Of a stretch of 64,000 nucleotides of DNA, positions 28,467 to 39,403 are shown piece after piece; position 1 is the stretch's first letter, and the number at the start of each line of letters is the position of its first letter. A program made the translations under genes and the position numbers. The stretch is from Candidatus Latescibacterota bacterium (GTDB taxonomy: Bacteria; Latescibacterota; UBA2968; UBA8231): positions 480,001 to 544,000 of the forward strand of contig OY730476.1 of assembly GCA_963422735.1 (NCBI GenBank), written 5' to 3'. The notes beneath the pieces are model-generated. The model saw only the letters and a program-made list of their open reading frames with translations, was not told the DNA's origin and did not search any database.

Positions 28467-29198
28467 TCAATCCATGTACAACCCCCCGTTGACGTCGATG
28501 GTCTCGCCGGTGATGTGCCGCGCGTCGTCCGAAGCCAGAAAGAGTGCGCAACTGGCTACGTCTTCGGGCTGGCCGGAGCGGCCGAGGGGGATGGAGGCCT
28601 TGAGCTGATCGTGTTCGGGGGCGGAGGTCATGGTGGTGTCGATGACACCGGGAGCGATGGCGTTGACGCGGATTTGGTCGGGGGCTAGAGCGCGCGCTAG
28701 GCCAATGGTTAAGGTGAGGACTCCGGCTTTGGCCGCTGCGTAGGGAGGACCAGCGGCTAGCCCGCCGGTCTTGGCGGCGAGGGAGGTCATGTTGATGATG
28801 ACCCCTTGGCGGCGCGCCTTCATATGGGGGATGACCGCTTGGGCGCAGAGGAAGGGCCCCTTCATGTTGATATCGACCATGCGGTCCCAGTTCTCTTCGC
28901 TGCACGATTCAAAGGTCGTATAGACCAAATAGCCGGCGTTGTTGACAAGGATGTCGAGTTGGCCGAACTCGTCGAGAACGCGGCTCGTGCCGGCGAGGAC
29001 TGAGGCTTTGGACGACACGTCCATAGCTAAGCCTAGGGCACCTGACCCGATTGAGGCGGCCGTGGTGCTGGAGTCGGGGTCAATATCGGCAACGGCCACT
29101 CGTGCTCCCTCGCGGGCAAAGCACTCGGCGATGGCCCGACCGATGCCCCGGCCGGCACCGGTGATCAACGCAGTCTTATGCTGTAATTTTCCCGTCAT
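28467..29198 (-). CDS. Short-chain dehydrogenase/reductase
   Basis: TGAGRGIG, NNAG, YAAAK. Confidence 0.9.
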   Translation of the reverse strand: MTGKLQHKTALITGAGRGIGRAIAECFAREGARVAVADIDPDSSTTAASIGSGALGLAMDVSSKASVLAGTSRVLDEFGQLDILVNNAGYLVYTTFESCSEENWDRMVDINMKGPFLCAQAVIPHMKARRQGVIINMTSLAAKTGGLAAGPPYAAAKAGVLTLTIGLARALAPDQIRVNAIAPGVIDTTMTSAPEHDQLKASIPLGRSGQPEDVASCALFLASDDARHITGETIDVNGGLYMD

Positions 29199-29358
29199 TG
29201 CGCGTTTCCCCATTCGCTGTTGATCAGTAGGTTAGACCTGAACATATACTATTTTGCGCGGCGGTCCAATGTGCATCAGGAGGATCGTGCTTGCTAAGTG
29301 CTAAGTATAAGGCCGCTTAGAGGGATCTGACTAAAACATCAATGCGGAGGATGCTCGG

Positions 29359-30329
29359 ATGGAAGATAGCCTAACCTCGACCGAATTGGAATTCGAGCCG
29401 ATAAGGTCCGAAGACGAAGATCGCGAAAGCGTCCGTGCAGGCTACGAGGTCGCAACGTATCCAGCGGATTACACTTTGGAAGTGCTACATCAAAAGTGGA
29501 AGGCAGACGAGATCGTGATTCCCAAATTCCAGCGGCAATTCGTCTGGAAGCAGAGCCAAGCCAGTCGGCTGATAGAATCCTTTTTGGTAGGGCTACCGGT
29601 CCCCGCCGTATTCTTCTACAGCGAGCGCGAAAGCCAGAAGTATCTCGTAATCGACGGGCAGCAACGCTTAAAGAGCGTATTCTATTACTTTGAAGAGTAT
29701 TTCGGCCCTGAAGAACAGGGGAAGCGCAAGGTATTCGGTTTACGAGGTCTCCATCAGGAAAGCCCATTTTATAAAAAGAAATTTGAAGATCTGCGGGAAG
29801 AAGACCAACGGCGGCTGAAGAATGCCGTGTTACGTGCTTTTATCGTCCAGCAACTGGCCCCCGCTGACGATACAAGCATGTACCATATCTTTGAAAGGCT
29901 CAATACCGGGGGAACTTTACTGGCGAGTCAGGAAATCCGCAACTGCATCTATCACGGTCGCTTTATCGAATTCCTCGAAAAGATCAACAAATTGTCATGC
30001 TGGAGAAAAATACTCGGTAAAACAGAACCCGACAGCCGGCAAAGAGACATTGAGCTATTGGTGCGTTTTTTTACAATGCGGGATAAATCTGCATACAAGA
30101 AGCCAATGAAGGACTTCTTGTCGAGGTACACGCAAAAGAACAGGAATGCATCTGAAGAAACCCTACAAAACAGCCGGCAGGTGTTCGAGAAAACCTGCGA
30201 TGCCGTCATTAAATCGCTCGGGGCTGAATGCCGCCATATTGCAACCTAAATACTAGGCAGAGAACGACAGATGTCGAGAGGGTACACGAGCGTTTTCGCC
30301 AAGCTGAACAGGTGCTTTTCGGCAGGTAA
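29359..30329 (+). pseudogene. DUF262 (ParB/GmrS-like) protein with disrupted C-terminus
   Basis: PKFQRQFVW, IDGQQRL, IFERLNTGG; ORF stops at 30249, plausible tail RTTDVERVHERF in another frame; low GC. Confidence 0.8.
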
Positions 30330-30342
30330 ACCGACTGCCGAC

Positions 30343-30817
30343 ATGCGCATTCTGCGGATTGACGAAGCCTTGAAAAATGCAAAGCGCATTTGTCTTTAGG
30401 AGAAGCAGTTGAAGCTGAAGTACAGAGCTTGCTAGCCCAGTCCTTGCTGATTCTCATTTATGCGGAGTTTGAGCGAAAAGTTCGCGCATTGATTCGCCAG
30501 AGATGCCAATGCGCAGCGGATGACTCGGTAAGAGGATTTCTCGATTCTTGTGCGGAAAGCGTATTTCGCGGTTGAAAATTGGGGAAATTGCAGGGCTACT
30601 CAATCGCTTTGGTGCGTCTCACAAGGAAGTATTTAACCAGCATCTCAAGAAAAATCAAAGAGCCCGAAACATGTACGACAGCATCTTGAACAATCGACAT
30701 AAAATCGCGCACGGCGAAGGGAGTGCCGTTACCTTCGGCGATGTAAAACAGTACTACGAACACGGGCATTGCGTACTGGGCTACTTACGCGATGCGTTGT
30801 TTCAAGACGAGTCGTAG
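30343..30817 (+). pseudogene. HEPN-domain RNase (RiboL-PSP/MAE_28990-like) with two frameshifts
   Basis: Three frames join as MRILRIDEAL / HLSLGEAVEAEV...VFRG / LKIGEIAGLL...NRHKIAHG (RxxxxH). Confidence 0.7.
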
Positions 30818-30830
30818 ATAGGAGATCTCT

Positions 30831-32090
30831 ATGAGGAACGTCATTGGAGTCATCCTTGGAGGCGGGCAGGGTACGCGGCTCTTCCCGCTGACTCAGCTGC
30901 GGTCCAAGCCGGCCGTGCCGATTGGCGGCAAATACCGCTTAATCGACATTCCCATCAGCAATTGTCTGCATTCTGGGATCAACCGCATCTTCGCCCTGAC
31001 CCAATTCAATTCCGCTTCGCTTCACCGCCACATCAGCACGACGTACCGCTTTGATTCTTTTTCCGATGGCTTCGTCGAGATCTTGGCTGCCGAGCAGACC
31101 CAAGACAGCGTCGCTTGGTACCAAGGCACGGCCGATGCAGTGCGCCAACAGCTCAGGCACTTGCTCTCGCGCCGGGCCGACCAAGTGCTAATCCTGTCGG
31201 GCGACCACCTCTATCGCATGGACTACCGGGCCTTTGTCGAGGAGCACCGAGCGCGGGGCGCAGATGTGTCGATTGCGGTCAAGCCGGTGACGCGTCAAGC
31301 CGCGCCCGCGTTGGGGATCGTGCAGGCAAATGATCGGGGGCGGATCGTGGATTTTCGCGAGAAGCCGCAAGACAAAGCCGAGCTAGAGGCCCTGCGGCTG
31401 CCGGCGGCTGCCGACCCAGAGGCGTGCTATCTGGCCTCCATGGGCATCTACGTGTTTGAACCCCAGGTCTTGGTCAGCCTATTGATGGGCAGCGACCAAG
31501 ACGACTTCGGCAAGCACATCATCCCGGGTGCGATTCACAAGGTCGGCGTTTTTGCCCATACCTTTGAAGGCTATTGGGAAGACATCGGGACCATTCGCTC
31601 TTTTTACGAGGCCAACTTGGCGCTGACAGATCAGGCACCGCCTTTTGACTTTTACCAGGCGGACGCACCGATCTACACCCACGCGCGCTTTCTTGCTGGC
31701 ACGCGGCTGGAGAATTGCCACATTGAGCGCGGGATCATCTGCGAAGGCTCTTCCATTCAGTCGGCCCGGATCGAGCACTCGGTGATTGGGATCCGCTCGG
31801 TGATTGGCGCGAATTGCCAGATTGTCAATACCATCGTCATGGGTGCGGACTCGGAAGAGTCGCCGACCGATCGAGCGCGCAATGCCGCCCAAGGCATTCC
31901 GAATATTGGGATTGGTGCGAACAGCACTATCACTGGGGCGATCATCGACAAAAACGCGCGCATCGGCGAGCGGGTTTGCATCATCAACAAGGACGGAGGC
32001 GTCGAGGCCGATGAGACCAATTACTACATCCGCGACGGGATCGTGGTGGTACCTAAGGACGCGGTGATCCCTTCGGGCACTGTGGTATAA
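30831..32090 (+). CDS. glgC: Glucose-1-phosphate adenylyltransferase
   Basis: GGGQGTRLFPLT, RSKPAVPIGGKYRLIDI, WYQGTADAVRQ, LSGDHLY. Confidence 0.97.
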   Translation: MRNVIGVILGGGQGTRLFPLTQLRSKPAVPIGGKYRLIDIPISNCLHSGINRIFALTQFNSASLHRHISTTYRFDSFSDGFVEILAAEQTQDSVAWYQGTADAVRQQLRHLLSRRADQVLILSGDHLYRMDYRAFVEEHRARGADVSIAVKPVTRQAAPALGIVQANDRGRIVDFREKPQDKAELEALRLPAAADPEACYLASMGIYVFEPQVLVSLLMGSDQDDFGKHIIPGAIHKVGVFAHTFEGYWEDIGTIRSFYEANLALTDQAPPFDFYQADAPIYTHARFLAGTRLENCHIERGIICEGSSIQSARIEHSVIGIRSVIGANCQIVNTIVMGADSEESPTDRARNAAQGIPNIGIGANSTITGAIIDKNARIGERVCIINKDGGVEADETNYYIRDGIVVVPKDAVIPSGTVV

Positions 32091-32108
32091 AGAAGCGAGC
32101 GGGCGTAC

Positions 32109-32150
32109 AAAAAGAGGGACGGGCGTAAAACCCGTCCCTCTTTTCTTTTA
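32109..32150. terminator. Bidirectional rho-independent terminator
   Basis: AAAAGAGGGACGGG-loop-CCCGTCCCTCTTTT. Confidence 0.9.
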
Positions 32151-32165
32151 TTCTGCGAAAAAGCC

Positions 32166-32536
32166 CTATTTGAGCAAGGTCATTTTGCGGTTCAGGACTT
32201 TGTCGCCAGTGCGGAGTCGATAGAAGTACGCGCCGGCGCTGAGATCTGACGCATCGACGGCGACCGAGTAGGAGCCGAAGCGTATTATTAGCCCGACCTT
32301 TTCGGCTGCAAAAAAGGTATTGGGCTGGCCGTCGTAGCCAATGTCGTCTTGGTCAAATTCGTAGTGCCGCTCGCGGAAGGTGCGCGCTTTGTCCAGAGCC
32401 AAGAAGCCGGTTCTGAAGTTCCTGTTGATGCCTTGCCATTGCTTGAAGGGCAAGGTCAGGTTGAGCTGGAATTCGCGGTTGCTATAGTGCCAGTCTGAGC
32501 GAGGGCGAAGACGACGATGGACAAGCAGTGCTTCAT
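32166..32536 (-). pseudogene. Collapsed mosaic: signal peptide, TonB-receptor-like internal piece and T9SS/FlgD-type C-terminal tail
   Basis: MKHCLSIVVFALA; LTLPFKQWQG...RTFRERHYEF; DASDLSAGAYFYRLRTGDKVLNRKMTLLK. Confidence 0.55.
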
Positions 32537-32599
32537 GGCTGTAAAACCTTCCTTAGAAAGATGTAAGCAAAAAGGATAGAGAGGCTGTGTTGAGAAGCG

Positions 32600-32626
32600 G
32601 TTACTCTGAAATCACAATCCGGTGAC
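32600..32626 (-). promoter_or_regulatory. Pho-box-like repeats facing the divergent remnant
   Basis: Minus strand GTCAC-N6-GTGAT-N6-GTAAC, 11-bp period. Confidence 0.55.
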
Positions 32627-32660
32627 AAGAGGTCTTGCTATCGTAGGATAAAGGAGAAAA

Positions 32661-32703
32661 ACGTCACCATTTCGTAACAATACTGTAATGATAGCGTCAT
32701 ATT
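32661..32703 (+). promoter_or_regulatory. Tandem Pho boxes upstream of the porin
   Basis: GTCAC/GTAAC/GTAAT/GTCAT at 32663, 32674, 32685 and 32696 (exact 11-bp period). Confidence 0.8.
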
Positions 32704-32749
32704 GCGAGAATTTATTTACTTGGGACAAAAAAGACACAAAGCGAGGGAG

Positions 32750-33717
32750 ATGAAAAAACGATGCTAATCGCAGTGTTGCTTTTCTGCTTAGCCTCCGCAG
32801 TTCAAGCGCAGGAGGGCAAGATCAAGGGCCTTATGTTTGGCGACTACTACTATGTATTGGCCGCCGACAAGGCCGACACTAAGGACTCCCCCAAGCGCAA
32901 TGCTTTCCGGTTTCGCCGTCTGTACCTCACATACCAGAAGGATATCGCTACCGACTTTGCGATTCGCTTTCGCCTCGAAGCCAAGGACGCGGGGTTTGCC
33001 CAAGGTGCGAAGATGAGACCTTTCGTCAAGCACTCTTACTTACAGTGGAAGAGGGTGCTGGGCGATGCGGAGCTATACTTGGGGCTTTCGGGGACGCCGA
33101 CTTGGGCGGTTGCCGAAAAGGTCTGGGGCTACCGCTCGGTAGCCAAGACCGCGCTCGATTGGAATGCAATCGGCTCTTCGGCCGACTTGGGCGCGGCCCT
33201 CAAGGGCGGAGCGGGCCGGCTGAGCTACCACCTGATGGTCGGCAATGGTACCGGACAGGGGCCGGAGGACGACCACGGCAAGAAATTCTATGGTTCGTTG
33301 AGTTTCAAGGCTGCGGACCGATTGATATTGGAAGGCTATGCGGACTTTAATGCGAGGCCAGCCGGTCGCAACGAGCGGACCTTCAAAGGCTTCGTCGGCT
33401 GGCAGGGAGCGAGGGGTAGTGCGGGGTTAGAGGTATTCTCGCGTACCAACGAGTTGGCTGGCAATGGCGGTGAGGACCATGTTATCGCCGGGATCTCGGC
33501 CTTCGGCTCACTGCCGCTCGCTGCCGCGTTCAAGGGCTTTGGCCGGTTCGATGTAATGGCCCACGACGCCGAGGATACCACCGATTTGCTCTTCATCACC
33601 GGCCTCGACTACTCCGCGGCTACAGCCGTCCACTTGATGCCCAATGTGCTCATCGAGTCGCCCGCCGGCCGCGATGCCAATGTCCAAGGACGGCTGACCT
33701 TTTTCTACAAATTTTAG
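32750..33717 (+). CDS. Outer-membrane porin, probably phosphate-selective
   Basis: Signal peptide AVQA, FRFRRLYLTY, terminal Phe (FFYKF); the RBS-linked ATG at 32750 is 1 nt out of frame across an A6 run, in-frame ATG at 32761. Confidence 0.75.
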
Positions 33718-33722
33718 TAGTA

Positions 33723-33775
33723 CTGTAACGTATTGTAACACAGGTTTTATCCCTCAGACACGCGGATGTAACACA
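33723..33775 (+). promoter_or_regulatory. Pho boxes upstream of pstS
   Basis: GTAAC/TTTAT/GACAC/GTAAC at 33735, 33746, 33757 and 33768 (11-bp period), plus CTGTAAC at 33723. Confidence 0.65.
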
Positions 33776-33817
33776 AATCCTGCAATCTTTATAAAATCTA
33801 ACCTAGGGAATGCAAAG

Positions 33818-34789
33818 ATGAAGAAAAAATGGATCGGAGTGGTGCTGATGTGTTGGGTGTTCACCACTGGCGTCCAGGCGCAGACAATCGCCATAGATGA
33901 GCGGATCGCACCCTACGAGAAGGTGCGCGGTCTGTCCGGCAATGCCAGCAGCATTGGCTCGGACACTATGAACAACATGATGGCACTCTGGCTGGAGGCT
34001 TTTCGCAAGTACTATCCCAACGTCAAGATCCAGATCGAGGGCAAGGGGTCGAGTACCGCGCCGCCGGCCCTGATCGAGGGCACAGCCCAGTTCGGGCCGA
34101 TGTCGCGGCCGATGAAGTCGAGCGAGGAGGACAAGTTCGATCGCGCCTTTGGCTATAAGCCAACGCCCTTGCGGGCTGCGCTGGACGCGCTGGCGGTCTT
34201 TGTCAACAAGGACAACCCCATCGAGGGCCTGACCCTGCCACAGGTCGATGCGATTTTCTCCAAGACCCGGCGCGGCGAGTTCCCCAATGACATGACCACT
34301 TGGGGGCAGTTAGGGCTTAGCGACGATTGGGCCAAGGCCCGGATTAGCCTCTACGGTCGCAACTCGGCTTCGGGCACCTATGGCTTTTTCAAGAAGCAGG
34401 CTCTGTTCAAAGGCGACTATAAAGACGAAGTCAAAGAGCAGCCCGGGTCGGCGTCTGTCGTGCAGGGGATTACCGAGGACCGCTTCGCCATAGGCTACAG
34501 CGGCATTGGCTATCTGACCTCGGGCGTGCGCGTCGTGCCCTTGGCCAAGGCCGCGGGACAGGAGTTTAGGCAAGGCTCCATGGAAAACGTACTGAACGGC
34601 TCCTATCCCCTCGGTCGCTTCCTATACATTTATATAAACAAAGCCCCCGGCCAAGCCATGGACCCGCTAATAAGGGAGTTCTGCGCGTTCATTTTCTCCA
34701 AAGAAGGTCAAGAAATCGTCGTCAAAGATGGCTATATGCCCGTGCCGTTTGAAGCAGTACAAGCCGAATTGGCCAAATTGGATATCTAA
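33818..34789 (+). CDS. pstS: Phosphate ABC transporter substrate-binding protein
   Basis: SIGSDT, EGKGSST, GRNSASGTY. Confidence 0.95.
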   Translation: MKKKWIGVVLMCWVFTTGVQAQTIAIDERIAPYEKVRGLSGNASSIGSDTMNNMMALWLEAFRKYYPNVKIQIEGKGSSTAPPALIEGTAQFGPMSRPMKSSEEDKFDRAFGYKPTPLRAALDALAVFVNKDNPIEGLTLPQVDAIFSKTRRGEFPNDMTTWGQLGLSDDWAKARISLYGRNSASGTYGFFKKQALFKGDYKDEVKEQPGSASVVQGITEDRFAIGYSGIGYLTSGVRVVPLAKAAGQEFRQGSMENVLNGSYPLGRFLYIYINKAPGQAMDPLIREFCAFIFSKEGQEIVVKDGYMPVPFEAVQAELAKLDI

Positions 34790-34801
34790 AGGAGTGGGTA
34801 C

Positions 34802-37006
34802 GTGACTCCCAAGCCATATAAGCGCGGAATCACGCCGCGAGCGCAAACCCTCGACTGGCTGGCTGGGCGCCTCATCTCCTTTGGCGGCATCGGCATTGTC
34901 GCAGCCGTCTTGGGGATATTCTTCTTCGTCCTCGCCGAGGCTTGGCCCCTATTTCGCGCCCCAGAGCTAAAAGCAGAAAAGGCGCACCTAGTGGCCGGCT
35001 CATTCGCCATTGGGCTCGACCCCTATTACCAGACCACTTATGAGGTTGGCCCCCAAGGGGTGGATTTGTTGCGGCTGGACGATGGCCAAGTAATCAGCCG
35101 CGAGCGGCCAGCCGAGTTGGCAGGCCGCAAGGTAACGGCCGCACAGCGCGTACCAAACGACGTTTTGGCACTGGGAACGGACGACGGCCACCTGCTGTTG
35201 GCGCAGGTCCGCTTCCAGCTCGATTACAGCAGTGGCCAACGGCAGGTGATGCCGCAATTTGCGGCCGAGCGCCTCGTCGCGGTCGATCCGGCAGGCGAGC
35301 CGCTGGTGCAGGTGGCCTTTCGGGAAGGGGAGGACGGCCGCTCGGCCGCGGCGGCGATTACGGCGAGCGGCCGCTTGATGGTGATGGTGGCCGAGCAGCA
35401 GCAGGGCCTCCTGGGGCCGAGCGAGCGCAAATCAAGGCAGTACGAGCTAACAACCGACCTCGACGGCAAGGCCACACAGGTGCTGATTGACGGCCGCATT
35501 CGCCAAGTGCTCGTGGGTACGGATCGGGGGCAGGTGTGCGAGTGGCGGCTGGGCGCAGTGGAGCAAGCGCCGGCGTTTGCAGGGCACATCGCGGTCTCGG
35601 AGGTCGCGGTCTCGGCGCTAGCGTACGCGCTAGGCGATATTTCGCTGGTCGTCGGCGACGCGGCCGGCCATGTCAGCACGTGGTTTAAGGTCGAGGAGGC
35701 CGGGCAGCGGTCGTATCGCAAAATCCACGCCTTTGCCCCCCATACAGCAGCCGTTACCCACATTGCCGCCTCTGCGCGCGACAAGCAGTTTCTCACGGCC
35801 GACGCTGAGGGGGCCATAGCCCTACACCACCTAACCTCTGAGCAGACAGCCTTCCAATGGCCGGGCGACTCCCCGGTAGTCGCGTTGGTCTTCGCACCCA
35901 AGGCCGACGGATTTTTGGCCCTCGGCCAAGACGGGAGATTGCGGCGTTTTGCCCTCAACCATCCCCATCCTGAAATCAGCGCGGCCGTACTATTCGCCCC
36001 CATCTGGTACGAGGACTACCGGGGCCGCGAGTACGTGTGGCAGTCCACTGGCGGCACGGACGAGTTCGAGCCTAAGCTCAGCTTGGTGCCACTGATTTTG
36101 GGCACGGCCAAAGGCACGCTCTACGCCCTGCTCTTCGCTTTGCCCCTGGCGATTTTAGCGGCGATTTACACGGCCGAATTTGCCTCGCCGCGCGTGCAGG
36201 GCTTGGTCAAGCCATCCGTGGAGGTCATGGCCTCGTTGCCGAGCGTCATCTTGGGCTTTCTCGCCGGCTTGTGGCTGGCCCCTTTGCTCGAATCGCACTT
36301 GTTGGGGACCTTGCTGCTGCTGCCGGCGGTGCCGGCTGTGGTAATGGCCGCGGCTTGGGTCTGGCAATACGCCCCGGAGGCTTGGGTACGCCAAGTGGTG
36401 CGGGTGGGGGAGATACACTTGCTCGGTGCGGTAACTTTGCTGGTCGCTTGGTTGGCGTACGCGTTGGGGCCGATCTTTGAGGAACTGGCTTTTGACGGGC
36501 ACTTCCTACGCTGGCTGCGGCAAGACGCGGGCGTTGGATACGACCAGCGCAATTGCTTGGTAGTGGGGTTTGCCATGGGCTTTGCAGTCGTTCCGCTGGT
36601 CTTCACCATCTGCGAGGACGCACTCTCCAGTGTGCCCAGTCACTTGCGCGCCGGATCGCTGGCCTTGGGAGCCACGCCTTGGCAGACGGCAATCAAGGTG
36701 GTGTTGCCCATGGCCCTGCCGGGCATTTTCTCGGCGGGCATGATCGGCCTCGGCCGCGCGGTCGGGGAAACCATGATCGTGCTGATGGCCACGGGCAATA
36801 CCCCGATCATGGATTGGAACATTTTCAACGGCATGCGCACCATCTCGGCCAATATCGCCGTGGAGCTACCCGAAGCGCCGCATCAAGGCACACTCTATCG
36901 GGTGCTTTTCCTCAGTGGCTTGCTGCTGTTTATAGCCACCTTCTGCATCAACTCGCTGGCCGAGGTTGTGCGCCAGCGCTTGCGGGATAAATACAATCGA
37001 CTGTGA
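34802..37006 (+). CDS. pstC: Phosphate ABC permease, long form with beta-propeller-like insertion
   Basis: WQSTGGTDEFEPKLSLVPL, ASLPSVILG, GRAVGETMIVLMATGN. Confidence 0.92.
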   Translation: MTPKPYKRGITPRAQTLDWLAGRLISFGGIGIVAAVLGIFFFVLAEAWPLFRAPELKAEKAHLVAGSFAIGLDPYYQTTYEVGPQGVDLLRLDDGQVISRERPAELAGRKVTAAQRVPNDVLALGTDDGHLLLAQVRFQLDYSSGQRQVMPQFAAERLVAVDPAGEPLVQVAFREGEDGRSAAAAITASGRLMVMVAEQQQGLLGPSERKSRQYELTTDLDGKATQVLIDGRIRQVLVGTDRGQVCEWRLGAVEQAPAFAGHIAVSEVAVSALAYALGDISLVVGDAAGHVSTWFKVEEAGQRSYRKIHAFAPHTAAVTHIAASARDKQFLTADAEGAIALHHLTSEQTAFQWPGDSPVVALVFAPKADGFLALGQDGRLRRFALNHPHPEISAAVLFAPIWYEDYRGREYVWQSTGGTDEFEPKLSLVPLILGTAKGTLYALLFALPLAILAAIYTAEFASPRVQGLVKPSVEVMASLPSVILGFLAGLWLAPLLESHLLGTLLLLPAVPAVVMAAAWVWQYAPEAWVRQVVRVGEIHLLGAVTLLVAWLAYALGPIFEELAFDGHFLRWLRQDAGVGYDQRNCLVVGFAMGFAVVPLVFTICEDALSSVPSHLRAGSLALGATPWQTAIKVVLPMALPGIFSAGMIGLGRAVGETMIVLMATGNTPIMDWNIFNGMRTISANIAVELPEAPHQGTLYRVLFLSGLLLFIATFCINSLAEVVRQRLRDKYNRL

Positions 37007-38598
37007 TGAAATTCTGGCGTCGGGGCGACCCTTTTATCTGGCTTACGGGCGGGGCGTTGGTCCTGTGCCTGGCGATGATCGCCGGCTTGGTAGGGATCAT
37101 TGTCTATCACGGCGCGGGCGTGTTTTGGCCGCAGGATTTGACTCTGTTGCACCTCAAAGACAGCCAGCCGATCATGGGCAAGCTGGTGGATCGCCAGCCC
37201 ATTCCCGGAACCGTTGGGCGCTATCGAGTGCAGCTAAAGGTCGGCAACCGCGATGTGTATGGCCAAGACTTTCGCTGGGTGGATGAAGACGCGATTGCCG
37301 AGCGCGAAACGCCAGCCGAGGCCGTGGTCTTTGAACGGGTCGAGTGGGGCGATATGCATGGTTTTATCGCGGCCTTGTACGAGGAGGAGCGGCTGCTGGT
37401 AAAAGGGGAGGGGGTCTGGGAGGCCCTGCAGGATCTGATGGACCAGGCCGGCGAGCTGGGCGAGCGCATCCACGCCTTGGAGCGCGGAGAAATCGGCAAG
37501 CTCAACCGCGCAATAGATGACCTGCGCCTGCAAGAGCGGCGCTTGCAACGCGAGAAAAACGACGCGCAACTCATTGCAAACAAGGTGCGTCGTCAAGCCC
37601 TGTGGGACGAGTACGAAGCCCTGTCGGGGCGCTTGGACGAGCTACGGGCACAGCACGAGTGCTGGGAGGTGGAGGTTGCGCTGGCCGGGGGAGAGCCGCG
37701 CCGCGTCGCCGTGGCGGCCATCGTCCGCGCCTATCGCCCCAATTTGATGAGCACCAAGGCCAAGGTACAGACCTATCTGTCCAAGGGCTGGGAATTCGTG
37801 GCGGGCGAGCCGCGCGAATCCAACACCGAAGGCGGAATATTCCCCGCGCTCTTTGGCACGGTGATGATGGTGGTGCTGATGAGCTTGGCGGCCGTGCCCT
37901 TCGGGATTCTTGCGGCGCTCTACCTGCGCGAGTACGCCCGGCAGGGTTTTTTGGTGCGCCTTGTGCGGATAGCGGTCAACAACTTGGCGGGCGTGCCTTC
38001 CATTGTCTTCGGCATGTTTGGGTTGGGCTTCTTCGTGTACGGCATCGGCGGCAGCATTGACCAGCTCTTGTACGCGGATGCTCTGCCGACGCCCACCTAT
38101 GGCACCGGCGGCATTCTCTGGGCCTCGCTGACCCTCGCCCTGCTGACGGTTCCGGTCGTCATCGTTGCCACGGAGGAGGGCTTGGCGGCCGTGCCGCGGG
38201 AGCAGCGCGAAGGCGCGCTGGCTTTGGGGGCGACCAAATTTCAGATGATTTGGAGCGTGGTGCTGCCCAGTGCTCTGCCGGGCATTCTCACCGGGGTCAT
38301 CTTGGCTACGGCGCGCGGGGCTGGGGAGGTCGCTCCGCTGATGATCACTGGCGTCGTCAAGCTGGCACCGGATCTGCCGCTCGATGCGTTCGCGCCGTTT
38401 TTTCACCTAGAGCGCAAGTTTATGCACCTAGGCTTCCACATCTACGACGTGGGCTTCCAGTCGCCCAACGTGGAGGCGGCCCGGCCCATGGTGTACACCA
38501 CGGCCCTGCTGCTGTTGGCCATTGTATTGCTCCTGAACTTGACGGCGATTGTCGTCCGCAACAAATTGCGCAGGAAATACGCCACAGCGGCCTTTTAG
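37006..38598 (+). CDS. pstA: Phosphate ABC permease PstA
   Basis: [38 protein letters not shown]. Confidence 0.93.
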   Translation: MKFWRRGDPFIWLTGGALVLCLAMIAGLVGIIVYHGAGVFWPQDLTLLHLKDSQPIMGKLVDRQPIPGTVGRYRVQLKVGNRDVYGQDFRWVDEDAIAERETPAEAVVFERVEWGDMHGFIAALYEEERLLVKGEGVWEALQDLMDQAGELGERIHALERGEIGKLNRAIDDLRLQERRLQREKNDAQLIANKVRRQALWDEYEALSGRLDELRAQHECWEVEVALAGGEPRRVAVAAIVRAYRPNLMSTKAKVQTYLSKGWEFVAGEPRESNTEGGIFPALFGTVMMVVLMSLAAVPFGILAALYLREYARQGFLVRLVRIAVNNLAGVPSIVFGMFGLGFFVYGIGGSIDQLLYADALPTPTYGTGGILWASLTLALLTVPVVIVATEEGLAAVPREQREGALALGATKFQMIWSVVLPSALPGILTGVILATARGAGEVAPLMITGVVKLAPDLPLDAFAPFFHLERKFMHLGFHIYDVGFQSPNVEAARPMVYTTALLLLAIVLLLNLTAIVVRNKLRRKYATAAF

Positions 38599-38606
38599 GA
38601 GATGCC

Positions 38607-39389
38607 ATGAGCAAGACCTTAGCCCCGGACGATGCAAATCCCATTGTCGAGGTGGAAAACCTGAGCATGTTCTACGGCGACACTCAGGCCCTGCACGACA
38701 TCGACCTAAGCATTCCCGCACGAGAGGTGACTGCGTTTATCGGGCCTTCGGGTTGCGGCAAATCGACGCTCTTGCGCTGCCTCAATCGCCTCAACGACCT
38801 GATCGAATCCGCCCGCATTGAAGGCGAGGTGTGGGTCAGTGGCCGCGACATTTACGCGCCCGATTGCGATGTGATCGACTTGCGGCGGCGGGTGGGCATG
38901 GTGTTCCAAAAGTCCAATCCCTTCCCCAAATCTATCTACGAGAACGTGGCCTATGGCCTGCGGATTGCCGGGGAAAACCGCCGCTGGGTGCTCGACGAGA
39001 CCGTGGAGAAAAGCCTGAAGGCCGCCGCGCTGTGGGACGAGGTCAAGGACCGGCTCAAAGACAACGCGCTGGGCTTGTCCGGCGGTCAGCAGCAGCGGCT
39101 GTGCATCGCTCGCACTCTCGCCGTCGAGCCGGAGGTGGTGCTGATGGACGAGCCTTGCTCGGCGCTAGACCCGATTGCCACCGCGCGAGTCGAGGAGACG
39201 ATCACCGAGCTGAAGTCCGATTATACCATCATTGTCGTCACGCACAATCTGCAACAGGCGGCGCGAATTTCGACCTATACGGCCTTCTACTATCTAGGCT
39301 CCTTGGTCGAATTCAGCCAGACCGAAGACATGTTCACCAATCCCCGCAGGAAACAGACCGAAGACTACGTAACCGGCCGCTTCGGCTGA
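38607..39389 (+). CDS. pstB: Phosphate ABC ATPase
   Basis: [39 protein letters not shown]. Confidence 0.96.
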   Translation: MSKTLAPDDANPIVEVENLSMFYGDTQALHDIDLSIPAREVTAFIGPSGCGKSTLLRCLNRLNDLIESARIEGEVWVSGRDIYAPDCDVIDLRRRVGMVFQKSNPFPKSIYENVAYGLRIAGENRRWVLDETVEKSLKAAALWDEVKDRLKDNALGLSGGQQQRLCIARTLAVEPEVVLMDEPCSALDPIATARVEETITELKSDYTIIVVTHNLQQAARISTYTAFYYLGSLVEFSQTEDMFTNPRRKQTEDYVTGRFG

Positions 39390-39403
39390 GGCAGAAGGGT
39401 GCC

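Noticed and set aside
34802-37006. Unusually long PstC with propeller-like insertion as a novelty
   Set aside because: Long PstC/PstA forms are already known in Pseudomonas/Vibrio-type pst operons.
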